From Amoeboaphelidium protococcarum X5 (Eukaryota > Fungi > Aphelidiomycota), in the NCBI GenBank assembly GCA_023515725.1, contig JALDTO010000158.1:1-64000 (forward strand): a stretch of DNA of 64,000 bases, written 5' to 3'. Numbering within the stretch: the stretch's first letter is position 1; every line of letters starts with the position of its first letter. The notes below the pieces were generated by a model. It was not told where the DNA came from, did no database searches, and was given only the letters and a program-made list of their open reading frames with translations. Below, in pieces: positions 51,162 to 64,000 of this stretch. The position numbers were made by a program, and so were the translations under genes.

Positions 51162-52802
51162 ATGAAAGTTCTGCCTGTTATCTTTATACTGGGTATAATA
51201 GTTCTCATTGCTGGAGCAATGGATTCACAGGCACGATGTGATAACGCGTACTGTAGTTAAGTAGAAAAGTTATAAAGTGCTCAATATCTGGATGATCTCA
51301 CTATCAGTGCTATAACCAGCAATTTTGGTCGCCCAATACCTAGATAGACTGAAAATAACGAACGATACTTGACACGTGTGAAGAAGTACTGTAAATATTT
51401 ATCCTACTTTTAGAGGGCTAGCAAGTAAATTAGACAGTCACTCATCAATCATGATGAAGTTGAATGGTGCAAAAACTTTAGGCATAAGGCTATACTTCTA
51501 GATAACCTACGTCCTGTTCTTAGGCTTGGGTACGATTTTTATCTTATGTTTGGATAGAAATTTGAATTTGTCGAATCGCATTTGCGGGATGATGCTCTGC
51601 TTCTTGAATACGTCCGTCTGTTGGATCAATACCATCATCAGAGCAACAACAATTTTGATTTGCAAGTAACTTATCACGGCGTTTGCCAGGACAATCGCAT
51701 CCAATTAAAAGCATTGATCTATTAACTCCCTTACGCGCCGATTGATGTCAGCTGCCTCGATTATATAGCTATCAGTGACAGGTTTTAGTTGATATATAGG
51801 CCAACAAGAGTCATCACTTAGTCTCCCAAGACATGGCAGAAGCTGTTGTTATAATTAAATCAACAGTATTCTTCGCGTCTGAATGAAATGCTTGAACAGG
51901 AATAAGATTTAGAGCGTGATTTTGGTCAGGGCAGACATCAAGTGTTTAATGTACGTCATCAAATTAAACTGGAGCTAGATTTGACCGATTCCAATCTATT
52001 CACGTAGAAGCGATTGAAATTTGAGCTGGACCGGTCCTTGTAATCTGTCGTATAGAATAGAGTGATTTACTTGAATATATTACTTCCTACTACAATCTCT
52101 ATTGAGTAGATGTAAGATATTGCTGAATTTGTCATATCCTGCAATTTGAAATAAGAGAGTGCTGTCAGGTTGGGTTTCAGTAACGTTAACGGAGGTGTTG
52201 GTCTGAGTTTGGATCAGATAAATCAGCTTTATTATGCCTTTTACGTTAAGATTCCCGCATTTATATTCCTATAACTGGCAGTGAACTGGCATATATCTTT
52301 ACCCAATGCTGCCGACTATTTCGCCCAACAGGAACTGACTTAAATGTTGTTTGCTTCAGTACAGGCGCCTGAAGTATGGACTCCTATCACCTCTCGCGTA
52401 GAATGTTTCAATTTTGCCGTGTTATTGAATAATCTCCCATAGCGTTTAACATAGTTTTCTGATACTTTTGCGCGGAACAAGCTGGATGCTCGGCGCGTCG
52501 ATTACATGTATGATCTTTCAATTGAGGTGGATGAAGATTCTCAAAATTACTACCCTGAATGCCTGGTATATAGTTTACTGCCTGCTTTGAAATCGGTTCC
52601 TATAAGGACAGTGAAGATCTTTTCTTATGATGCTCTAGAACGTTTGCCGGATTTGATTGAAATTAATCAGAAACTAAGTGAAATTGACAAAGCCAAGACT
52701 GTTGTAGAACTTTATGAAAGTTAAGTGTCCCGTGAAAAATCTTTGCGACGTGATTTCTCCTTGATTGCTGCCAATAATGAGAACGTGGGGAATCTGCTTT
52801 GA
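51162..52802 (+). CDS. Secreted tandem-family protein, copy B, 546 aa
   Basis: Signal peptide ending LIAGA|MD; same N- and C-terminal blocks; LLPALKSVPI. Confidence 0.8.
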
Positions 52803-53348
52803 TATTTAAAATTGCAAAAGTGGTTAAGTATGAAGTGAGTGTTGATTACATATTAAATTTGCCAAACCATTTTGTTCTGGTTGTTATCAAGCTCTAATCT
52901 ATGTCTTTGTTAGGTTGGACATTGAGCACACCAGTTATGACAATATAAAAATGGCGACCACAGTCCCTGTTGAGCGCAAATCTTGTGAATCTTAAGCGAC
53001 GATACCATTTGCATGGTTTTCTTCTCAGTGAACAATAAATACCCAGTTTTACGACATTACTGATTTATTCATAGTTTACATCAACAGTCCCAATATATAA
53101 CAGTTCCTGATGAAAGGCGAAACATTATTTCTAATGCGTGTTGATTACCGTTCTCATTTCAATGTAGAGGCGCGCTCACGTGATCACTCCTTGATTAACT
53201 CAACCTACCTTCGTTCGACAAATGCCATTCATTTGTATTGACACTCTCCAGGGGCCACTGAAATATGATCAAAATTTGTTTTCACCGCTATTGCATTCTA
53301 AATTGAAGCAGAGCTCATAACTTTCTGTTAATTATCAGTTGACGCGTC

Positions 53349-54971
53349 ATGATTTAGTGTATTGTACAAGGTTTGCTGTTTTGGCTTTCCGTGCTGGCCA
53401 TGGACCACGGTAATCAGGATTAAAAGATTGATGGCATGGAGGTTTCGGCTACCGGAAGTCTCGATAAGCACCCGATGCTGAATGGTCTCTAGGTGAATTT
53501 ACTGGCAGATAACATTGGTCGTCCTTAGCCGCGTTAAACTGAAGGTGTTGATCGTTATCTGGGAAGGGTTAAAGAGTATTGCATGAGTTTATCCTATCTG
53601 TAGATGGTCCATTCATCGATTCGTCAATCAATTAAGCATCATGCTGAAGTGAATTGGTGCAAAGATATGCGACACAAAGTCACTCTGCTTAAGCGTCTAC
53701 GGCCTGTGCTCACTTTTGGTCAAGACGCCGAAATCCTATTTAACAGTCGCTTCCATTTCAGGTAATTGCATTTGACTAATGTCTAGTTATAGTCTTACAT
53801 TGTGGGTCAACTATATCTATACTACAGAAATATTGGCGCCTTTGACTTGACAGTGTCCTACATCGATTTGTGTGGCTCTTTTCGCGAGAAATTGACATCT
53901 CTCAGTCAGGCCTTAACTTGGATACCGTTTTATATCCATTGTACGGACCATTAATCTTCTGTGGGCTAATTTCGGTTGAATCTCAGGAGTGTTAGTAATC
54001 AGCCGCGTAACCATAAAGCGTATTAGCTAGTGCTTGCTGATAATGAATTGCCAAGGCTTCAATTGGGGAAGACACAGGAAGAAGAGTTGGAAATTTAGGT
54101 AAATGGTGAGTAACGTCCGCATCCAGTTACTGTCAAATTCATGTTACAATTAGGATTGGATTTAAGTGCTGCAGATATGCACGAACGTCCGTTTACCGTC
54201 GCCTTTAGTTCAGAGTTACGCACCATTTTATAAAGTCGAATTGTAGCTCTTTCTATAGTACTTGCAGAACAAGTTAGTTTGGATTATACAAAGAGGCTGG
54301 CAGAGTTTGTAATTTCCTCAAAATTACCTGATGGTAGCAAAGTAAGTCTGACCATCAAAAACGGTGACGAGCACCTTCAACTGGCCTCTGACTAAATTTC
54401 AGATATTCTCCGTACTTTTTATAGCAAGCTTCCTCCTACGATTTAAGTGTCATTCGTAAGATATGACCACAGTATTTTATTACATAACAGCCGGTAGTAC
54501 GAGCAGTAGATACTCATGCAGTAATTATATGCTTAATCTCAACGACCTGGTATGCACATCTCTATCACTCATGAATAGCAATGCTAGGAGTTTTCTACTA
54601 TTTTGGACAATTTAGACAGGTTGCTGGTTTAGAACTCTCGTGATTTTATATATTACGGCGTAAAAGCGCAGAAAGTTGATTCTATCCTGGACTTTACATT
54701 GTCCCTGAATCAGGTGATGTAGCTTGGTGCTAAGGGATGTCTATTGGCACATCTGTTGCCTGCCTTGAAGTCGGTCCCAATAAAAAATGTGCAGATATAT
54801 ATAAAATAATACGGGTCTCTTCTGGAGACGATTAATGCGAAATTGGCTGCCATAGACCCATCGTAGACAAAAGTTGCAATATACGTACGTATAACCGACA
54901 GAAATTTAGATTTAATGCAGGACTATCAATTAGTGGCAGCAAACTACCCAATTCGTGGCCAATTGTTTTGA
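53349..54971 (+). CDS. Secreted tandem-family protein, copy C, 540 aa
   Basis: Signal peptide ending LSVLA|MD; same blocks; LLPALKSVPI. Confidence 0.8.
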
Positions 54972-55365
54972 AAATGGTATGTCTATAAATGGCATTGTCA
55001 ATGAGAATGAAGTTAATTTTGCTTTGAAATATATATCTGAAGATATAAATTGCTATATGTATCACTTTATGCTCTGCAGTTCTATTTTATTCATTCATTC
55101 ATCCATCCATCCCCGTATACTATATACGACTTGTTTTAAAATGGGCTACTGACTGTATGTTCTCGTCTTCCCAGTTTCACCATTTGACACGCGACCGCCA
55201 TATCTGACCATCAATCAAGCGATCAGTTCAAGCAATCACTCAGCCTTAACCGACGGAAAGAACGCGCGTCCACGAAAATTGCTCAAGCGGCTAGGATTCA
55301 CCCACGAGCTTTGAGTGTAAATGCTCGTCTTGAGGGACAATTTCTCTAACGATAATAATAATATT

Positions 55366-56698
55366 ATGACTATGGAAAATACAAACAAGTAAATTTATAC
55401 ATTTCAATAATAATTAATCAAAATTAAACAAATTTATTGTTTTTATGTGTGTAGCGATATTAAAAACGGACCTGAAGTGGTCGACTCTGTGAATGATGAG
55501 GTGGTGGACTCCTTTGAGGATCTTGGACTAAAGGAGGAATTGCTGCGTGGTATCTTCAACTATGGGTATGTCATTGGAATTTGAGCATTATATCATAATA
55601 TTTATGATTATCTTTCGAATTAATTGTAGTTTTGAGAAGCCATCTTCCATCTAATAGCGCGCTATTAAGCCAATTATTGCCGGTAAGGAGGTGATTGCAC
55701 AGGCTCAGTCTGGTACCGGTAAGACTGCCACCTTCAGTATTGGTGCTCTGTAGAATATTGATGCTAGTGTTCGCGCTTGCCAGGCTTTGATTCTGGCGCC
55801 TACTCGTGAGCTGGCATTGTAGATTCAAAAGGTTGTGCTGGCTCTGGGTGATTACATGAAGGTGGAGTGTTTTGCCTGCATCGGTGGTACCAGTGTTGGT
55901 GATGATATCCGCATGCTGGAGGCTGGTGTGCACATTGTTGTCGGTACTCCTGGCCGTGTCTTTCACATGGTGAGTGAGGGTCACTTGAAGGTGGATAAGC
56001 TGAAGATGTTCATCTTGGATGAGGCTGACGAGATGTTGGGCCAAGGATTTAAGGCTCAGATCTATGATGTATTCCAGCATTTGCCAACTACTACTCAGGT
56101 TGTGCTGCTGTCTGCTACCATGTCTGACCAAGTGCTTGAGGTGACTCGCAATTTCATGAAGAATCCTACTCATATTCTGGTGAAGCGCGATGAATTGACT
56201 CTGGAAGGTATTAGATAGTTTTACATCAATGTGGAGAAGGAGGAATACAAGCTGGACTGTCTGTGTGATCTCTACGAGACACTAACCGTTGCACAGGCCG
56301 TCTTTTTCTGTAACAGTAAGAATAAGGTGAACTGGTTGGCTGAACAGCTGAATGAGCGCGACTTTACCGTGTCTTTCATGCATGGTGATATGGATTAGAA
56401 GGAGAGAAATAAGATTATGAGCGAGTTCAGAACCGGATCCTCCCGTATCTTGATTACCACTGATCTGCTGGCTCGTGGTATTGATGTGCAGCAAGTGTCG
56501 CTGGTCATCAACTATGATCTGCCACTGGAGAAGGAGAACTACATTCACCGTATCGGTCGTAGTGGTCGTTTCGGTAGGAAGGGTGTGGCTATCAACTTTG
56601 TCACCACCAACGACATTGGCCAGATGCACGACATTGAGAGATTCTACCACACTCAGATTGAGGAGATGCCAAGTAACATTGGCGAGCTGCTGGCTTGA
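55366..56698 (+). CDS. eIF4A: Translation initiation factor 4A (DEAD-box); introns 55389-55454 and 55566-55629
   Basis: GFEKPSSI(TAA TAG=QQ)[43 protein letters not shown]. Confidence 0.97.
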
Positions 56699-56956
56699 TT
56701 GATCACGCTCACTTTACATACAATAATTGCCATTGCCGTCATCATCGTTGTAGTAGCTGAAAATTAAAAGAATTATTAACATTGGGTACCTTTTTATTGA
56801 TCCGACTACTCTCTTTTGCTTTAGTTTTATTGTTGATGTTGCGATTTTTATATTCAGCCGGTCAAAAATTGAAAAATCTTTTCAGAAGCATTTTATCTTT
56901 ATAAGTAGTACTTTATAAATACAACAATAACAAAGTCAAATTAACTTTTTACGAAA

Positions 56957-57481
56957 ATGCCTGCTCATCAATCGCTAGTCGGAGTCGTTACTCATGTGAA
57001 AGAGTCTGCTGTTATCGCTGCTCCATATGCCCGTGTATGGGAACAGGTGCGCCCATTGACCTTCAAGTGGCTGAGTGCTGTGAAGGAAGTCAAAGTGGTG
57101 GACGGTAACGAGAGCCAGGTTGGATCTTAGCGTAAGATCACGTATGTTGATGGAACTGTGCAGACTGTGCGCGTCCTCGAACTGAGTGATGTCGAGAACT
57201 TTGTCACGTACGAGGTGGTGTCTAGCGAGCCTGCAGTTCAGGTTAGCAGTGCCATCCACACCATCCGCTTGCGTCGTGTCACTGCTGATGACTCCACCTT
57301 TGTCGAGTGGGTGAGTGATTACTCAAGCGATGCATCGCAGGAGGTGATCTAGGATAGCAAGTATAAGAAGCATGAAGCTTTCACCGATTTGTCCAAGGCT
57401 GTGTCTAAAGTTGTCGATCAGGCTGGTGGTAAGAAGCGAACTGCTCCATCATCTCCTGAGAGAAAGCCTGCCAAGAAGTGA
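56957..57481 (+). CDS. Bet v1-like / SRPBCC (polyketide cyclase-like) protein, 174 aa
   Basis: ESAVIAAPYARVWEQVR, GSQRKITY, TIRLRRVT..STFVEWVSDY. Confidence 0.8.
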
Positions 57482-57594
57482 TTATTGAACCATTGTGTGA
57501 CTGCTTATCATTTATTTGGTGTTGAGCTATAAGCAGAAATTTAATATACTCACTTTTTAATGAATTAAATGCCATTGATAATATCAATATTTTA

Positions 57595-59145
57595 TCACTT
57601 TACATTCTTAGAGTTGGAGTTGAATATCTTGCGCAATTTCGAATTTATGCCCAATGATGGCGACTTATTCTATTCCAAACTGGCAGAGGAAGTTGTGGAA
57701 TTCGTGGGATATAACTTGCTACCATCACTAGACTTATAATCAGTATTACTTGGTTAATTCTATTTTTTAATCACCGGCTAAGATCTTCTAAACAATCCAA
57801 TAGAATTAGTAGACTTGGTAGAGACTTATTTCGCAGCAATATCCCTCTTTTATTACTATTGAAGACTTTAGCTTTTCATAGAATCACTTGAAGCCTTCTT
57901 TCTCAACTTGAATGGCGAATTAGAGCTAAGTGGCTATTGCTATTGCTATTGCTGCTATGCTGACATCAAACTATCATAGTTGGATAAAGTCTACTTTGTC
58001 ATTTATGCTCTCAAATTAGACATTGATCTCACCGGTAGCATACTCTTCTTCCTTACCAACGTTGTCTTTGTATTAACTAGTACTTGAGATGCATTAGACT
58101 AAGATGTAGAGGATTCTTAATGCTACTCTTATGTCACTACTATTTGACGCGTAGTCTCGGATCCTCCAGAAGTTATACTTCGATCACTCTTAGTAGGACT
58201 AGTTCTATGACTTTGTTATTATTAGTGCTATATCTACTAAACGGACCCCACAGATGAACGATCTAATACCTACTACTTTTAATTCATCAGCGATGCAAAC
58301 TAAATCTAACTAGATGACTTATGAGATGAAGAAGTTGCAGTAGAGTGAGATGATGACTTGCCAGCAACACTTCGCAACTCAGTATGCTAACCACCAGACA
58401 GAATGGTATCCATATCAGCTAAAAGATCATTCAAATTCATCAAACTTTACTACTGCTGAGGTCGCGATTATTAACTAAAATCTTTAGCTTTAGACTATAA
58501 AGTAGGAGCAACATCATTCGACCCTATTTTCGTCTTAACTTATGGAGATGATATCACCAGCTTATTCTATGATTGAGTTTACTCTTCATTAGCCTCTTCT
58601 ACTTGAACACGGTCCACCGCTGTGACACTTTCAGTCTTCTCCAATTCCAACTTTTATACGGATTTAATCAACTCATCATCCTGGTCAAATGATTTAAAAG
58701 CATTTTATTTAATGGTGGACTACGAATCGGATCTGAGTATAGATTTAGGTCTCGGAGTAGATAATGGAGACGTATTGGGGGAATCAATGATGAAATGCTA
58801 CAGCACTGAAGATTCAGTATCTACCAGCAGTGACTAATCCACAAGAGTGTTGTAATCTTGATCAGCAATATTCTTATCATTGCTGTTATTATTATCGCTT
58901 GAGAATATTTCATCAAGTAAAAGAATCGATGACTCTTGGATTCCAGTAATCTACCGCTTATTCACATTACTCACAGTTACAGTGTCAGAAGCAGTGGTGG
59001 AGGACACCAATGAAGAAGAGTCTGTGCTCACATCCATCTCAACATACTATGGCTGTTACAACTTGCCAAACAGATCCTCTTGCCAATCATCCAGATTCAA
59101 AATGTCATTTACAAAAGATTCATTTACACCATCACTTTTCTTCAT
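57595..59145 (-). CDS. Ser/Gln-rich low-complexity protein, about 516 aa
   Basis: No TGA in frame; poly-Gln written as TAG CAG CAA TAG CAA TAG CAA TAG near 57935-57958. Confidence 0.6.
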
Positions 59146-59435
59146 CTCTGTTATCTTTTTAACTTGATTAAAATATAAATTATTGCGCTAAGATGAGATA
59201 TGCACAACTATGAGCACTTTCTTTACAGGTGATAAGTCAGCAGATGTTTTATTTAACAGACAAGAAAGAAAGAAAAGCAATCGTTTCAGCCGAAAAGTTA
59301 CGCGTAACGAAAAATGAATGGGGGAAAGAGGGGATTATATATATTGTAGTGATTAGACTTCATTGCACAGACATCCACACACGGCTTCGGACTTTTATCC
59401 TGTTAAGATGGACATGATAGATACAGTTCATTGAT

Positions 59436-61775
59436 TCATTCATTGTCTGAGAACTGAATGAGATTGCTGTCAGCTCTCTTCTCTTTCTAATCAGCAGATT
59501 TTGAGTCGTCAGCAGACTACTGAAATTGACTCTACTACAACCTTTAATGTTATTCCACACCATCAGTGTTCAAAGATGCAGACTATGGCCTTGACTGTTC
59601 TTCTTCTTAAAGCGATAAACTAAGAGCCATAGCAATTTACATTTCATAATCTGTATTTTGTGGTACGTAATCTTTCAAAGCACTCGTGTCACCGAATGAC
59701 TGTTCGTCTAACAGAGATTAATCTTATGCAGCAGTAATAGCAGCCATCTATCCAGGATACGAAGGAGAATCAACAAACGGAGCAACGGCAGCATCGTATA
59801 AATTCTGTGTGAAAGAGGCCTTCTTACCTGAAGACGTCTGCCTAAGACTACCCATTGGCTTGAAATCAGCACGGCGATGCTATTATGCCTAAGGTGAATT
59901 TCTGGCACTTGACTAAGCGCTACTATCTTGTGATTGTTAATTGGCAGATTACATCTATTGCGATGATGATGATGACGGCGTAGTTTCAAAAATCTTGGAC
60001 AGCATACCACTAATTCCTCTGCTCAAAGTCTGCACTCTGTCAACCACAGGCTAAGAGTTAGTATTAGGAGTGATGAACGTGGTACTTTTGCTACCCTTAT
60101 TCAGGCTTGATGATGACAATTGTCCGGCAGAACTATTCGTAGTGAACGAGGCATTAGACATACTCTGTCGCAACTCTTTTCCACCACCATCAGAACTTTA
60201 AGTTGGCATCTTATACTGGCGAATATCCAATTTGAATGCCTTTTGCAAATCCAGATTCTCCCCTTTAACAATAAGCCTAGCCGCGTCCATCTCATTCTAT
60301 GACGGAATTAAACGTTCATCTTCAATCTCGACAAGAGACTGTGCCACCTTCTCATCATACTCCCCCTAAGTCTATGTCACATTTCCACCAGACCAAGTGA
60401 AAGAGCTATACGATATACCCACAATAAATCCTATGGCGGCATTCAAGCATGTCAAATAATAGCCAGCTTCACTTCTCAACTTGTCCTCTATTCTAAATCG
60501 ACTTATAAACATGACATGGCTATACAGATACCCAATAGACTATCCCTCTGTCATGTGATGACTCTTTATGATGGTATAAATCAAGAGAGGCATTAAATCA
60601 TCAGCCGATGCAACTGCTGAAGCGGTCATTGGAGAGGTTGGAGATGCTGGTTGACTTTACCCGCTCAAGGTAGAATTATTACCATGTTATTGTTATCGCG
60701 ATGGAGACTTGTTAATCTTTTCAAGAAATCCCAACAGGATCTTGCAACAATTCACAATACTAATCAACTTGTCCCGTGCAGACTTGTACTCTGTAATCTT
60801 TCGCAGTTCATCCAATGCCAACTTTATCGCGTTATTAACCTGCTACTCGACACTATTCCTAGCCAAATCTAATCGTTTACTTTATGTCGGAGCTTATGAA
60901 CCTTACTCTTAATCTGATAACAAGTCGGATGACTACAACTCTGACGACTATTATAACGTCTCATGCCACTTATAAACATGAGCTCTAAATGAAATATCAA
61001 AATGATCCAAGGTGATCCATTTAGAATGCAGTAAAATAACATAGTGCAAGCATTTGTCCACAAGAATGTCATGTGGGTCATTGAGGAGATAATCATACAA
61101 CTTTATACACACCAACTTCTCCAATCCCTCACTGAAATTATCCAGCAATTCCGGAGACTTATCTTTATCACTATTATACAGCTAGCACTCCAACACCTTG
61201 CCGCGATCTCTATCTGTCATAAATAGCATGAAGTCTCTCACGATCCTCTGCTTCTCGTCACTTGTCCACCTGCGCCTAGTAAATTCTCTTAGAAATGACT
61301 TGAAGTACCTGGTAAGAGCAAATGACTCTGGACTGCGCATAGTCTCTAAAAACTACTCAAAATTTAATTAAGGAAAATCTTGAGACGACGAATATTCCAC
61401 CTATTGCTACTGTTATTGTTACTATGTTCCGCCTGAGGTTAAAGACTCTTCATTGGGAACTACGCCGTCTTCCTATGATAGAATTTAAGTGGAACTCTGT
61501 GTATCAATCTGTGGAATGTGAGCCTTGTGCTTTTACTATTACTATACATCCAACTCTCCTTAATCAGAATCTTTGCGTGGTGGAAGTTGAGGTGGAAACT
61601 AATCCACATTATCTTCATCTAATTATTAACTACCAGGAACATTGACATTAATTGACACATTGTTAATTACATCCTGCTACTATGTGGGCGATATTGGAGA
61701 ATCGATAACACCATCATTATCCTACTACTATTACTACAGTTATTACTACTTTTAAAGACTGCCAAAATTATCCAT
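59436..61775 (-). CDS. VPS9: VPS9-domain Rab5 GEF, about 779 aa
   Basis: FNFEQFLETMR, YFKSFLREF, EGLEKLV, SADDLMPLLIYTII, EAGYYLTCL; N-terminal poly-Gln of TAR codons. Confidence 0.85.
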
Positions 61776-61958
61776 TTATTAGTTAATTATAGTAATGATT
61801 GTCAATTTCAGGTAAATAAGACTGATGATAAAGTAAAGAACAAGTTCCGACTTGAATTGAAAGAGAAAGAGAAATCTTTCGCCGCGCTGATCTTTGTACT
61901 TTTTTGGGTAGAAAGTGCTCACTTTGTAAAGTCTCCATACTTGTGATATAAAGTAGCA

Positions 61959-63713
61959 ATGTAGGGAAAAGTGTGGAGGGTGTGTATTGTTGGCAGTGGA
62001 CCGGCCGGATTTTATACCGCTAGTAGATTGCTCAAGTAGTCAGCGTCTTCGGCGGCGTTGAAGAGCAAGAATGTGCGTCTGGAGGTGGATATGCTCGAAG
62101 GTCTCCCCGTTCCGTATGGCCTTGTAAGGTACGGCATATCCCCGGATCATCCAGAGGTGAAGTCTGTCGTGAATAAATTTAATGAAATGGCCATATAAGA
62201 AGGAACTGGACCCGGTGGTAGCGGTCGCTTTGAATTTATGGGTAATGTTAGAATTAGAACGTCATCATCTACGTGGACATCATCATCGCCTGTACGCGAG
62301 ACACGTTAGTCTTTTTAGTCAGCTGATAGTTAATGGGCAAATACTGGTGTAAGAGTTCAGGATCTATTGAATCGATATCATTCTGTAGTGTTGGCATACG
62401 GATCATCTAAGGATAGGAGATTGAATATATAAAATGAAGATGCTGGTGGGGTTATTAGTGCGCGTCAATTTGTAGCCTGGTACAATGGATACCCATCACA
62501 GATTGCCACTGTGAAGAGCGATGAAGTTATTGACAAGAATAGTTAATCTTAATCATCTCCAGATGGTGCGAGTGATAGTAAATCGACAGATCCAATGCAG
62601 AGTAATAGGGAACATGTGATGATGTCTAATCTACTAAAGTAAAATTCTTCTGCTGTCATCATTGGATAAGGCAATGTTGCGCTGGATATTGCAAGAGTTC
62701 TCTTGATTCCTAATCCACGCGATTCTTTAGGCAAGACTGATATGCCAGATTATGCTGTGAATGCTCTTGTCGATAGCAAGGTTAGAGATGTGACCATAGT
62801 TGGTAGACGGGGTCCTTTGAATGTATCATTTACAGCGAAAGAATTGCGAGAACTCGATGTTATCTGTAAATAACACGGTATATAGTGCCGGGTATTAGAC
62901 GCGGATGTTAATGTGTAATTGGAGAAACTGAAGCGGTAATCATCCTCTACCAAGAGCAAGTAAGAGCGTGGTCGAATCAGAGTTTTAGAACTTTTGAATA
63001 GATTCTAGAATTCTGATAAAGATATTGATGGGAATGGTAAAGCTTCAGGTAGATCATTAACATTTAGATTCTTCAAGTCGCCTGCGGAGATAAATGTTTC
63101 CAAAGACTAGGATACTAATAAAGAAGTGATCAGTGAAGTCAAGTTTGCAACCACTCGGTATACTAATGAAGATGCATGCGATCAGGTGGAGATTGTACCA
63201 GATTGTCCAGCTGAAGGTGTCAAGACCAATTTCCTTATAAAATCTATTGGCTATCAGTCTGTCGGAGTTGATGGTCTACCATTCGACAGTAAGCGAGGTA
63301 GATTGCCGCATACATAAGGAAGAGTTTTATCCAGTGCAGAACCCGATAATGAATCTAATAGTAATGGTTATAATGTTATGAACGGTGTCTATGTGGCGGG
63401 TTGGCTCAAAACTGGACCTACCGGCGTGATTGCAAGTACTATGTACGATGCGTACCAGACTGCTGATTGTCTACTGCAAGACATTGAGAGTGACATTCAT
63501 CTACCGAATGATCAGGTTCCTGCTAGATAAGATACTATTCAATGGTTATAGAGCTAAATCGGCAGTCGACCTGTCACCTTTGAAGACTGGAAAGTTATTG
63601 AAGATGAAGAGATTAGACGTGGTAAACTATTGGGGAAACCGTATGAGAAGATTACTAAAACTGACGAGATTCTTCAGATACTACACAAACACCATAATTA
63701 AGTCAAAAATTGA
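61959..63713 (+). CDS. ARH1: NADPH:adrenodoxin (ferredoxin) oxidoreductase, 584 aa
   Basis: [31 protein letters not shown](TAA=Q)[26 protein letters not shown]. Confidence 0.93.
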
Positions 63714-63780
63714 TTTAAAAGATATAGAGTAATCATTTTGATAAAGTTTGTTATCTTTTAGAGTTGTCAATATGTGGAGA

Positions 63781-64000
63781 TCATTCAAGCGTAGTAGGAT
63801 CGTCTTCATCTCTTGGTCTTTTGTCACCGGCGACAACAGACTCTGACGGTTATTGACTCTCAATCTATAAGTAATTGTCCATTGTAGAACTGGGACAATC
63901 TTCGACCAATTCAACTTTAATACCACTCAATATGAACCCACCAGATGCATAAGTATTATTCTACGGATGCATCCTATCTGGATACACCTGATACTCGCGA
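63781..64000 (-). CDS. TRM6: tRNA m1A58 methyltransferase non-catalytic subunit, 3' end only
   Basis: REYQVYPDRMHP...GGFILSGIKV; TGA at 63781-63783. Confidence 0.75.

Overview
Compact, intron-poor eukaryotic (opisthokont, fungus-related) genomic DNA using a non-standard nuclear code in which TAA and TAG encode Gln and TGA is the stop. The supplied standard-code ORF track therefore fragments almost every gene. Code and gene content fit the aphelid Amoeboaphelidium protococcarum (inference). Re-read with TAR=Gln, the window holds about 36 protein genes, mostly housekeeping (NDUFA9, ERG25, PTH2, EMC10, GPR89, U1A/U2B''-like, SPB4/DDX55, OAC1, MPC2, PKA-C, ATG8, HFM1/MER3, SDF2, PUF, eIF4A, VPS9, ARH1, TRM6). 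Main result: the first 3.5 kb encode an XPG/FEN1-family 5' nuclease (PIN-like plus H3TH) joined, across a G10 tract that needs a -1 shift, to a Fanzor/TnpB-type RuvC nuclease with an intact rearranged D-E-D triad. A folded candidate omegaRNA follows the stop, and a convergent P-loop NTPase + restriction-endonuclease-fold gene sits next to it. Other notable items: an in-frame dephospho-CoA kinase - TM - bacterial-type GH20 hexosaminidase - CBM32-like fusion head-to-head with a GT13 GlcNAc transferase; a tandem trio of secreted F-box-like effector candidates; two small secreted Cys paralogs; a prominin-like pentaspan protein; a truncated strumpellin; a bacterial-like secreted protein; and recurrent CGCG/ACGCGT promoter motifs. 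All translations and coordinates were worked out by hand and family calls rest on motif recognition, not database searches.
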